Virus record (IMG/VR): IMGVR_UViG_3300014204_000112
Location: 64,001-128,000 of that record
Direction: 5' to 3' (one strand)
Length of the DNA: 64,000 bases
From: a virus
Taxonomy: Duplodnaviria > Caudoviricetes
This document shows, one piece after another, positions 40,654 through 49,268 of the stretch (positions are counted from its first letter, which is position 1; the number at the start of each line of letters is the position of its first letter). A program made the translations under genes and the position numbers. Below the pieces are notes generated by a model, which was given only the letters and a program-made list of their open reading frames with translations, was not told the origin of the DNA and ran no database searches.

Positions 40654-40755
40654 CTACAAAAGCTGCGTACAACAGAGCCATGAAGATCTTGCAAAAGAAA
40701 CTGACCAATGCCGTACACTCAGGAAGAGATACAAGAACAGGTAGAATTGTAATAA

Positions 40756-41877
40756 ATGCAAAGAGAAGAAGTCGTACAGTTCATTAGGGTCGTTCTCGCC
40801 AAACGATTTCACGATAGTTTTGAGAAGCAGAAGATAGACGATTCTAACGATCGTAAATTGAACTTCGCTTGTCCTATCTGCGGCGACTCGCATAAAAAGG
40901 CTTCAAAGAAACGAGGAAATCTCTATTTCGATACGGAAGCTTACAAGTGCTTCAACAACGGGTGCATGGCATACATGTCTCTCGGAGAGTTCGTAGCAAA
41001 AATGAGTCGCGAACTCGGCATCATGCTTCCGAGCTTCGTTGCTGAGATCGATTACAAGCCCACAAAAATAAAGAGGACTGAAAATCCATTCCTTCGATTC
41101 ATGACATCCGACACCAGCGAATTCATCACCATTTCCGAAGTCATCAATCGTTTCAACTTAGTTCGTTTGGACCAGACAGAAGAGCATACGAATGCATTGT
41201 CCTACATCAAGGGCAGGAACCTTCACCTCATAGACGATTACGGGGACTTCTTGTACACTGACAATTCTGACAATAAGATACTTATCTTCAACTTCGACCG
41301 GCGATCTGGGAAGCTCCTGGGATTCTCAATGAGGAGCCTCGACCCTAAGGCTGAACGCAAGTACATTATCAAATCGTACACGGACCTGGCAAACATATTC
41401 CTTCAGCGAGAAATCGACAAGGATCTCGTCGACGATGCGAACTACTTGAACAATTACTTCAACATTCTCAATGTGGATTTCAGCAAGCCGATATGCTTGA
41501 CCGAAGGTCAGTTCGATTCGATGTTCGTACGCAATTGCATAGCGACTACTGGCGTAACTAAAGCCAGAAGCATACTTCCATCCTTGGGAGCAAAGGCCGG
41601 AATTCGAATCCTATTCGATAAGGATAGGGGCGGAAAGGACGAAATGATGAACTTGATAAAGCAAGGTTACTCCGTTCTGTTATGGAATAAGATACTATCC
41701 TACCTTAAGAAGGTGTGCCAGACTGATTCGGAACTCATCCAGATAACCGAGATTAAGGACATCAATGATCTTTTCAATTTCCTTAAGGCTAGAAAGGCCG
41801 ATTACTCTATCAAGGAATTCAACGATTGGCTAGAACATTACTTCAGCGACAGCGTGTTCGACATCGCGTACCTTTAA
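40756..41877 (+). CDS. gp61: DNA primase (gp61-like)
   Basis: Zinc domain NFACPICGDS..KKRG and CFNNGC; TOPRIM motifs TEGQFDSMF and FDKD.GG; KDIND. Confidence 0.92.
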   Translation: MQREEVVQFIRVVLAKRFHDSFEKQKIDDSNDRKLNFACPICGDSHKKASKKRGNLYFDTEAYKCFNNGCMAYMSLGEFVAKMSRELGIMLPSFVAEIDYKPTKIKRTENPFLRFMTSDTSEFITISEVINRFNLVRLDQTEEHTNALSYIKGRNLHLIDDYGDFLYTDNSDNKILIFNFDRRSGKLLGFSMRSLDPKAERKYIIKSYTDLANIFLQREIDKDLVDDANYLNNYFNILNVDFSKPICLTEGQFDSMFVRNCIATTGVTKARSILPSLGAKAGIRILFDKDRGGKDEMMNLIKQGYSVLLWNKILSYLKKVCQTDSELIQITEIKDINDLFNFLKARKADYSIKEFNDWLEHYFSDSVFDIAYL

Positions 41878-41924
41878 TTCCAAAGGTGATCATATAAATA
41901 ATCAAAATGATCACCTTTGGAATT
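41876..41924 (+). promoter_or_regulatory. Perfect 18-bp hairpin enclosing the late promoter TATAAATA and occluding the translation start region of the HNH gene
   Basis: aattccaaaggtgatcat-ataaataatcaaa-atgatcacctttggaatt; ATG at 41926. Confidence 0.85.
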
Positions 41925-41925
41925 T

Positions 41926-42579
41926 ATGGTAAAGCTAACAACGGACATAAGTAAGTCCATTATTTCTGAATACTCAGAAAATACTTCCATTACTTTACGA
42001 GAATTAAGTTCAAAATACGGAATTCATCATGTTACTATTTCCGCATTTTTGAAGAAAAATGGTATTGCCATTAGGCGAACTGGCGCTAGAATAGGCCATC
42101 CTGTAAAAGAATCAACACGTCAGCTTTTTTCTAAATTGCATGCTGGTAATACATATACAGTAGGTCGTAAACAAACAAATTCCACCAAATTAAAAATTAT
42201 TGCTACTATGTGGAAGGTCGATTACTCGGCTCTTTTACAGTATCCAAATGCAAATAAAGTTAAGTTGATAATTCAGTGGATGAATTCAAGTAGAAATATG
42301 CTAAATTTCGAAATTTCAACCAGACTCACTTTTTTAGATCACTTTTATAAGGATGAATCTTTTAATAGAATTTGGGATATTTGGATCAAAAACGGTAAAA
42401 AGCAAGAATACAAACCAAGTATAGATCATAAAATTCCATACACTCGAGGTGGAACATGTGATTTTGCAAATCTGCAAATAATTACCTGGTTTGAAAATAG
42501 AGCAAAAGGTAATATGACAGAGTCTGAATGGGAGATTTTTAAGAAGGTAAATAACCTAAAATGCGATCTTTTTATATGA
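41926..42579 (+). mobile_element. Free-standing HNH homing endonuclease gene
   Basis: N-terminal HTH and NUMOD-like segment; PSIDHKIP..RGG...NLQIITW.EN..KG; AT-rich. Confidence 0.85.
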
Positions 42580-43088
42580 AGACTCGAGAATCAAATGGAA
42601 TTAAAGACTTTCTAAAACCGAGAAATGGAGAAAAGCGGCCAAGACAAGGATATTTCAAACCAGTAAACACGGAAAAATACATGGGAGATATTTCTCGAAT
42701 TATTTTTAGAAGTTCATGGGAATTCAAGTTCTTGAAGTGGTGCGATCTCAACCCAACCATCCTACGATACTCTTCCGAACCAATCGGAATCATTTACTAC
42801 AATCCATTGGACAAACGACCCCATCGATATTACGTCGATTTTTTCGTTATCACCAAGGATCAGGATGGTGTTGAACAGAAGTGGCTTATCGAGGTGAAAC
42901 CGAACAAGTACATCGTTCCGCCAAAAGCCCCGGACAGAATGACCGACAAACAGACTGCGAATTACGTTTGGGCAGCAAAACAGTACATAATGAATCAGGC
43001 GAAATTCGAAGCTGCTAAAGCTTTCGCTGAGCAGAAGGGAGTTAAATTCGGGATCATTACTGAAAACTTTCTGTTCAAATCCATATAA
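42576..43088 (+). CDS. gp4: Head completion nuclease (gp4, TnsA-like)
   Basis: QGYFKP.N..KY.GD, RSSWE, YSSEP, YYVDF, IEVKP, NQAK and ITE. Confidence 0.9.
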   Translation: MKTRESNGIKDFLKPRNGEKRPRQGYFKPVNTEKYMGDISRIIFRSSWEFKFLKWCDLNPTILRYSSEPIGIIYYNPLDKRPHRYYVDFFVITKDQDGVEQKWLIEVKPNKYIVPPKAPDRMTDKQTANYVWAAKQYIMNQAKFEAAKAFAEQKGVKFGIITENFLFKSI

Positions 43089-43096
43089 AAGAAGTA

Positions 43097-43744
43097 ATGA
43101 AACTCAAAGTAATAAAGGACTTCATAGATCTCGACCAAATAGAACCATTTCCATACGAGGGGACCTCTTACTATTTCGATACGGAGAGAGTTCCGGTTAA
43201 TTTTGCCAGGTTACTCCCAGGGTATTTTTACACGTTCGTTTCGATTGCAAATGCAGTCGAGGATGAGCTGCTTAGTTTGGACGAATATCAAATTGGCCCA
43301 AAATCAAAGAAGCCGTATTTTGATCGTCGCCCAATATTTTTATCCCTTGGTCAGGAAGGGCCGATGGAAGTTGGGCTGAACGTTAAGTTGATGCCTTTCA
43401 AACTCAGAAGGTGGTTTCTTCAAAGGTACTTGAAGCACATCTATCCAACCATGGTAAAGCTAGTGGATGAATCTGGCGATTTAGCAACGCTGAATTCTCG
43501 CATTAGAATGCAAGAAACTGCATCTCTTTATGGGATCAACCGACAATTCGTTAGGGCCATATCCGAACAGACAGGCCTTAAATTAGAATTCCTGGTTGAT
43601 AAATATACAAGAGGTGAAATGGGGAATCCGTTAGCCCTAATCGATTGGGACCAAATTATTAAAATGGGTCGGTGCAATTACATTCACGACAAATCGATAC
43701 TGTCTAAGACCCCAATTTCGTACTTCTTGACAAAATTTACATGA
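43097..43744 (+). CDS. Putative DNA end protector (gp2-like)
   Basis: PGYFYTF, YFDRRP and GLN; located between gp4 and the portal gene. Confidence 0.55.
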   Translation: MKLKVIKDFIDLDQIEPFPYEGTSYYFDTERVPVNFARLLPGYFYTFVSIANAVEDELLSLDEYQIGPKSKKPYFDRRPIFLSLGQEGPMEVGLNVKLMPFKLRRWFLQRYLKHIYPTMVKLVDESGDLATLNSRIRMQETASLYGINRQFVRAISEQTGLKLEFLVDKYTRGEMGNPLALIDWDQIIKMGRCNYIHDKSILSKTPISYFLTKFT

Positions 43745-43750
43745 TAATAC

Positions 43751-45445
43751 ATGGCAGGATTTTTAGAAGGTAACCCAATGAAATCTCTCAGGTCCAGATT
43801 AACGGAACTGAGCAGGTTCGGCCTTAAATACGACGACTTACTTATTAAGAACTCGCAGGCAATCGGTTTTATCGAAAGCCAATTGGGCGGTTCCGGCGGT
43901 GGTTTTGCTACCGACGATTTAATGAGGGCAACGGTCGCCCTAGCGGACACAACTTCCGCCTTGAAGACCAAAGCGATCGCATTCTTTCAAATGGACTACG
44001 TTTCCAAGCGTGAAAGATTGAGGGACATCGCATCCAGCGGAGAAATCGAATTCGTTCTTGAAACAATTACTGACGACGCTATCGTCTACGATCCTGACAA
44101 CCGTTTCTGTTATGCAAACGACCTCATCGGGGAAATGCAATACTTGGGAGACAACAAAAAGAATCGTCTCGAGTACCAGGAACGAATCGTCAATGCTTAC
44201 AATTCAGCTTTTTCCAAAATTTACAGTCGCTGGGGATTCGATCAGGGAATTTCAGCATGGCAGTATTTCTATCAGTGGCTGATTGAAGGACACCTAACAT
44301 TCGAAATCATTTACGACGATGTATTGAAGCCAACTGAAATCATTGGTTTCAAGGAACTTGACCCAGCCAGCCTCTATCCTGAATTGAAAAAGGATAATGA
44401 AGGCAAGATGGTCCTCATGTGGTCCCAGCGTGATCCTCTTACGAAGCAAATAAGAACATTAGCCGACTCACAGATCATTTACATATCGTACTCGAATCAC
44501 ATGAGGACGAAACGTGTAAGCTTTGTTGAACGTTTGGTGAGATCCTTCAACATGCTGAGGATCATTGAGCACTCGAAGGTCATTTGGCACACAATGCATG
44601 CTCCTATTCGTCTCGTTACTACTGTTCCTATTGGAACCAAGTCAATGCAGAAAGCTAAGGAGGACGTTCGTGAATTCACGAACACTCTGAAGGAAGATAT
44701 TTACTTCGATGGAGAATCTGGAGAACTGAAAGTTGATGGTAAGCCAAACATTCTGTTCTACAAGAACTATGTGGTTCCAGTAAACGATCAGCAACAGCAA
44801 GTAAAGATCGAATCTCTCGAATATGCAGGTCCAAATCTTTCAGGTTCGGAACTTCTCAAGTACTTCCATGAAAAACTGAAGATGGATTCGAAAATTCCTA
44901 ACTCCAGGTACACTGAGGGTGGCGGAACGTTCACTTTATCAACTGAAGGTATTTCCAGGGAAGAAATTCGTTACAACAAGTTCATTTTACGTTTGAGATC
45001 AGCTTACAAGGAACTTATCACCAAACCTCTGTACTTGCAGATGTGCATGGACGTCAAGGAACTTCGCAACGACCCAAAATTCAAGAACTCCATTGGCGTA
45101 ACTTGGTACGATGATAACGTATTCGAGGAAATCAAGAACCAGGATCTCTTGAACAAGAGAATCGCAGCAATCAATGCTCTGAAGGCAATCACGAACGACG
45201 AAAATCGTCCGTACTTCTCGTCAGACTTCCTCGTACGGGAATACTTGAAGTTAAGCGATCAGGTAATTCAGAAGAACGCAGACTACTTGGCAAAATCAAA
45301 GGGCAAAACATCGGAAGGTCAACCAGCTGAGGTTGAAGTTCCTGCTGGTGGTCCTCCTCCTGCAGCACCACCTCCTGCTGAAAATCCAGAAGAAGGTGGA
45401 GGTGAAACTAAGAGTGAAATGGGAACTCCTGAAGGAGGTCTATAA
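43751..45445 (+). CDS. gp20: Portal protein (gp20-like)
   Basis: EIEFVLETITDDAIVYD, WLIEG, ELDP, FNMLRIIE, SKIPNSR and ISREEIRY.KFI.RLR. Confidence 0.92.
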   Translation: MAGFLEGNPMKSLRSRLTELSRFGLKYDDLLIKNSQAIGFIESQLGGSGGGFATDDLMRATVALADTTSALKTKAIAFFQMDYVSKRERLRDIASSGEIEFVLETITDDAIVYDPDNRFCYANDLIGEMQYLGDNKKNRLEYQERIVNAYNSAFSKIYSRWGFDQGISAWQYFYQWLIEGHLTFEIIYDDVLKPTEIIGFKELDPASLYPELKKDNEGKMVLMWSQRDPLTKQIRTLADSQIIYISYSNHMRTKRVSFVERLVRSFNMLRIIEHSKVIWHTMHAPIRLVTTVPIGTKSMQKAKEDVREFTNTLKEDIYFDGESGELKVDGKPNILFYKNYVVPVNDQQQQVKIESLEYAGPNLSGSELLKYFHEKLKMDSKIPNSRYTEGGGTFTLSTEGISREEIRYNKFILRLRSAYKELITKPLYLQMCMDVKELRNDPKFKNSIGVTWYDDNVFEEIKNQDLLNKRIAAINALKAITNDENRPYFSSDFLVREYLKLSDQVIQKNADYLAKSKGKTSEGQPAEVEVPAGGPPPAAPPPAENPEEGGGETKSEMGTPEGGL

Positions 45446-45571
45446 TGGGAGCAAAGAAACAAGGCAAAAAAGGCAGGACGAGATATTCGTTCTGCCATTT
45501 TTATGAGTACTATCTTAATAAGTTGGGTAAATTCAAGCAGCCTAATCACGTGGTGAAGGCTGATCCGGATC

Positions 45572-45946
45572 TTAATCCTCGTATAGGGCTGCAAACGACC
45601 GTCGACCGTTGATGGAAATGTCCAATCCCAACCCTACCTTATACAAATCGGAAACATCGTCAAGATTGAAAGCAGTTGGAACTATTTCGAACTGTTTTGC
45701 GAGCATAACATAGTCCTGAATCTGTTCAGCGGCTTCCTTTTCCAATAAATTCAATGGGTATCCTTCGAATTCGAATAAGTATTTCGTAGCATCGAGGCCG
45801 AACGAAGGTTCTCCCAAAACTTCTCCTTTTTTCGTGAGGATAGTCATTCTAACTTGCGTGATCGTATTCTCGATGTCATTTCTTGACTCGAAAACTTCCG
45901 GTATGTAGTTCGGATCGTCCGTTGCTCTGAAATAAAAGTCAGTCAT
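45572..45946 (-). CDS. gp25: Baseplate wedge subunit (gp25-like)
   Basis: LTKKGEVLGEPSFG....YLFE. Confidence 0.82.
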   Translation of the reverse strand: MTDFYFRATDDPNYIPEVFESRNDIENTITQVRMTILTKKGEVLGEPSFGLDATKYLFEFEGYPLNLLEKEAAEQIQDYVMLAKQFEIVPTAFNLDDVSDLYKVGLGLDISINGRRSFAALYED

Positions 45947-45947
45947 G

Positions 45948-46679
45948 TTAGAAGTGGACTAAGTAAAGCCAGTCTGGAGTATTTTCTCCCTTCATCATTT
46001 CAAGAACTGCCGCGAATTCAGCATCAGCTTTAGTAACGAAGGTATTGTAATTCGGTCTTATGCCGCCTGGCAGATTGTAATCGAAACTGGTAAGAAGTTC
46101 GCCAAGACGAGTCTTTGCTTTGGCCCTTACGTACCTCTGGAACATTTCGTCCTCATAAAGGTACTGCTCTTCGATCTTTTTTGCTACTTGCATTACCATT
46201 TTAGTTGGGGTTCTGCCAGTTATGGAAACGCATTTCGTATTCTTGTTGTAATCGAACGCTACTGTGTCGAGAATGAAGTTCTTGGTGATGTCAAGGAAGG
46301 AGAACAGAACTGTCCTGTACACCAGGGATTCGCCAATGAACGGCGTCAAGAAAACTTCGGATCCAATGAACTTGTTTTCTGCGAAATCACGGTCAATCGT
46401 TCCGAATATGGAATTTCCCTTAGGTTCCTTCACTTCGTGAACAAACTGAACGCAATCAGGCATCCTTATCGTCCTTGACTGTTTGAACCTATTGTTGGCG
46501 AGTAATTCGTTTGGAATCAAAAGGTATCGAGGCTCAACTGCATGCCTCCAGTTATCGTAGAAGTATCGTTCTGCGTTTATAATGACTCGCTCTATTTCCG
46601 CGTCCGGAATCGAATACGGGAGAGCCTTTGCCAACGTAAGTTCATTCTTGATGTCGATTAAGAGTTCGGCTCTTGTCAT
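45948..46679 (-). CDS. gp13: Neck protein (gp13-like)
   Basis: 243 aa; FDYN, YV.AKAK..LG and NLPGG...N. Confidence 0.7.
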   Translation of the reverse strand: MTRAELLIDIKNELTLAKALPYSIPDAEIERVIINAERYFYDNWRHAVEPRYLLIPNELLANNRFKQSRTIRMPDCVQFVHEVKEPKGNSIFGTIDRDFAENKFIGSEVFLTPFIGESLVYRTVLFSFLDITKNFILDTVAFDYNKNTKCVSITGRTPTKMVMQVAKKIEEQYLYEDEMFQRYVRAKAKTRLGELLTSFDYNLPGGIRPNYNTFVTKADAEFAAVLEMMKGENTPDWLYLVHF

Positions 46680-46695
46680 TATTCGTAGTTAATTT

Positions 46696-47160
46696 TTATG
46701 CTGTCGCTCCGGCCGGATTCATTGGTTGGCCTGCTGGATTTCCGCCTATTCCTGGAGAATTCTGTGCAGCTTGAGCTGCAGTAGGAGCGGCTGTGGTCGT
46801 TTGAGTTGTTGCTTTTGATTGCTCTGCTGCTAGCTGTTGTTCCAGCTGATTTTCTTGTAATTGCAGGTCACTATAAGCTTTCTGAGCTTGAGTCAGAGCT
46901 TCTAACGCTTGCTGAATCTTAGGTTTAAGCGCGTTCAATTGTGTCTGAATAGAATTTGCGTCCTCATTGATTGGATTATCGACTGTTGCAGAATAATCCG
47001 GAACATTTGTCGTAAGAGTAGTTAGATCAGCTTTCTTTACTTGATCAACGAACTTTTCTTTCTTCTGTGGATCGACGTTGTCCCCCTTCAATGCAGTCTT
47101 TGGATCCTGTAGGGTATCTGTTTTTGAAAACTGGTCGAAGTTCATTACTTTATCTGCCAT
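46696..47160 (-). CDS. Hypothetical coiled-coil protein
   Basis: N-terminal KVMNFDQF. Confidence 0.65.
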   Translation of the reverse strand: MADKVMNFDQFSKTDTLQDPKTALKGDNVDPQKKEKFVDQVKKADLTTLTTNVPDYSATVDNPINEDANSIQTQLNALKPKIQQALEALTQAQKAYSDLQLQENQLEQQLAAEQSKATTQTTTAAPTAAQAAQNSPGIGGNPAGQPMNPAGATA

Positions 47161-47178
47161 TTGGTTCGATACTTTTTG

Positions 47179-47928
47179 TTATTTATTAGACTCTCCTTGG
47201 AGGTACTCATTGAACGATTTGACATGTTTCTTTTTGGTCAGTTCGCCAGGGTTCCTTCTGAATTGAGTCACGTTGTTCGAAGGGTTAAGGTCCCATCTCG
47301 AATAAGGAGCCGAATTAGTCCATTGATTTGGGATTGCTCCGAGGTTGGTGCTGATTGGGGTCGGAGACACGTTAGGACCTGTGCTCTGATCGAAAGATGC
47401 AGCAGGCACCGAATACGTTCCGCTAGCTTCTTCCGAAACTATCTTCCACATTTTTTCTTTGTCCACCTGTCTCGGTAAACCAGCAAAGAATTTTTCCTTA
47501 TCCATGTTCTTAATAAATTTTCGCATGTCGGTACCAGACACACCCTCAGGTCTCTTCGTGGTAATACGGTTGATTTTGCCTATATTTCCAGCGAATCGTT
47601 CAACCGTGTCAAACCTATTCATATCCGAGTCTAATGAATAAATGTTCAGAACGCAGTCCTTAGCATCATCTTTCTTTCCAAGCAAGTCAATGAATCCGTA
47701 AGCCGTTTTTACTGGAGAACCCTTGGCCAAGTCGATCGATACTGACTTATCGTCTGAGAAGTACTCCTTCAACATCTGTACGGCCATAGCACCGGTCACT
47801 CCATCCATTTCTATTGGAGAAATGAACACGTGTGTTTCATCATTATGACCAGCTATCTTTTTGATGGCTTCATAATGACCTACATGAGGTGGCTTGAACT
47901 TTCCAGTGATGATTCCGACTTTCTTCAT
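47179..47928 (-). CDS. HIGH-family cytidyltransferase-like protein
   Basis: GKFKPPHVGHY and VSGTDMR; C-terminal KHVKSFNEYL. Confidence 0.8.
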   Translation of the reverse strand: MKKVGIITGKFKPPHVGHYEAIKKIAGHNDETHVFISPIEMDGVTGAMAVQMLKEYFSDDKSVSIDLAKGSPVKTAYGFIDLLGKKDDAKDCVLNIYSLDSDMNRFDTVERFAGNIGKINRITTKRPEGVSGTDMRKFIKNMDKEKFFAGLPRQVDKEKMWKIVSEEASGTYSVPAASFDQSTGPNVSPTPISTNLGAIPNQWTNSAPYSRWDLNPSNNVTQFRRNPGELTKKKHVKSFNEYLQGESNK

Positions 47929-47934
47929 CGACGA

Positions 47935-48456
47935 TTAGACTTTTAAGTTCTGTGAAGCACGGATCAAGCACTCTGCCATGTAATGCGTGCATTCCTTCAG
48001 GAACGTTTCGTAGGTCTGATTAGGATCTTCCGACGTCTCGTAGAGGTGAGCTTCCTTGATGAGAATTTCGTTACAGATTTGCTTGATTGCATTCTTTGCA
48101 TTCTCGGATAAAGTGTCCGGGTGATCTGAACAACCTTCGCAAGGCTGAGTCATTTCTTCTGGTTCCTTAAGCATATCCTCTTCGTTCACTTCTTCAGTAT
48201 TATCCTCCTGCTCTTGATCTTCATCTTCTCTGATAGGAGTTTCAGCTACGTGCGATTGAAAGTCCTGAAAGCTTTCGAAAACTTTGTGCTTTTCGAGTTC
48301 AGTTGTCATTTCTTGTTCATTATTTTGATTTTCATCTGCTGAATCCTCACCAGAAATCCGTTCCTCTGTAAGAGTAGCATTGTCTTCATCCGTTATTTCA
48401 GGACCGAACTTCTTTAATACGAATTCAGGGAGTTTGAATTTTCCGAATTTCCCCAT
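47935..48456 (-). CDS. Acidic hypothetical protein
   Basis: Motif VFESFQDF; GATAAATA upstream. Confidence 0.65.
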   Translation of the reverse strand: MGKFGKFKLPEFVLKKFGPEITDEDNATLTEERISGEDSADENQNNEQEMTTELEKHKVFESFQDFQSHVAETPIREDEDQEQEDNTEEVNEEDMLKEPEEMTQPCEGCSDHPDTLSENAKNAIKQICNEILIKEAHLYETSEDPNQTYETFLKECTHYMAECLIRASQNLKV

Positions 48457-48547
48457 ATACTTCAGCTATTTACGGTTATTTATCCGAAGAAATTACCTTC
48501 TTCCGGATAAAATCCGTATAGCCTCGGTCATGTTGGTTAGCGGGTTG

Positions 48548-48919
48548 TTATGTGGCATTAAGGGAGCATCGGTAATTCTAACCAGTGGGTTACTTCCTCA
48601 ATATTTCTACCACTTTCAGTCAACCAAAAAAACTGACCTTTATCTCGGTAGTCTAAACCATCTTCTAAATCATTCATTTCACAAACGTGCCATCTTCGTA
48701 TATCATACATTCCTTTATCAATTCCACTTACAAGTACATATTTACCATATTCAGGTAAATCTCTATATGTTTCAATTTTTTTGGTGTCATAATAATTTTA
48801 GCCACATAACAACGTGTATAAAACGTTGCCTTTCGTGGTCTTTTTTTAGTTTATACTAAATTTATAATTTTGTTCATTCTATTAAGTTCTATGTTGGCAA
48901 CGTTTCATACACGCAGCCG
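48548..48919 (+). mobile_element. Integron-like gene cassette 1 (gene inverted relative to its attC)
   Basis: Begins at G|TTATGTGGC (48547); its attC begins with the exact reverse complement GCCACATAAC (48801). Confidence 0.75.
48558..48790 (-). pseudogene. DUF551-like cassette gene with a frameshift in an A7 run
   Basis: Frame reads ..RDLPEYGKYVLVSG...EEVTHWLELPMLP*; the ATG at 48790 is out of frame by one A. Confidence 0.6.
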
Positions 48920-48925
48920 TTATAC
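48804..48925 (+). repeat. attC-like site 1 (122 bp)
   Basis: ACATAAC...CGTGTATAAAACGTTGCC / GGCAACGTTTCATACACG...GTTATAC; arms 17/18 complementary. Confidence 0.78.
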
Positions 48926-49138
48926 AACATTTATAAAATCCTCTATCCTTTGATTAACCCTCTTTAACTTTGAGTGATTTTCATCATTGTGATAAATCAA
49001 TTTTTTTCTACAATATTTTTCGTAGTTGCGTCCTCGTTCAGAGTTCATCCATTTTTCTTTTTGTAATAATCGTTCTTCGAGAATTGATTTTATTTGTTTT
49101 AAATCACTCAAAGTCATCGTTTCAATGTTTAATTCCAT
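48920..49138 (-). CDS. Cassette 2 hypothetical protein (72 aa)
   Basis: Likely start MELNIE at 49138 (the longer ORF call runs through the attC); the stop overlaps the GTT core site; AT-rich. Confidence 0.65.
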   Translation of the reverse strand: MELNIETMTLSDLKQIKSILEERLLQKEKWMNSERGRNYEKYCRKKLIYHNDENHSKLKRVNQRIEDFINVV

Positions 49139-49239
49139 ATAAATAAAACGTTGTATAACAAGGCATATATGTAATACCCTATTAAGGTTTGTACTATATT
49201 TTAAAGTTTCTGCATCAGGTACTGTATATATACCGACCG
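48920..49239 (+). mobile_element. Integron-like gene cassette 2
   Basis: Begins at G|TTATACAAC (48919); its attC begins with the exact reverse complement GTTGTATAAC (49150). Confidence 0.75.
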
Positions 49240-49245
49240 TTATAA
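49153..49245 (+). repeat. attC-like site 2 (93 bp)
   Basis: GTATAAC...GCATATATGTAATACC / GGTACTGTATATATAC...GTTATAA; all four arm mismatches are transitions. Confidence 0.72.
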
Positions 49246-49268
49246 GCAAGGCGGGAAGTTTTTCATAT

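Noticed and set aside
45445-45612. Small plus-strand ORF after the portal gene
   Set aside because: It has no recognisable motif and overlaps the convergent gp25-like gene, so support is insufficient
48380-48859. 159-aa plus-strand ORF
   Set aside because: It is a shadow ORF that crosses a late promoter, cassette 1 and attC1; the minus-strand DUF551-like frame explains the region
49139-49249. N-terminal 37 aa of the 109-aa ORF call
   Set aside because: This is translation through the attC2 palindrome; the ATG at 49138 is the more plausible start
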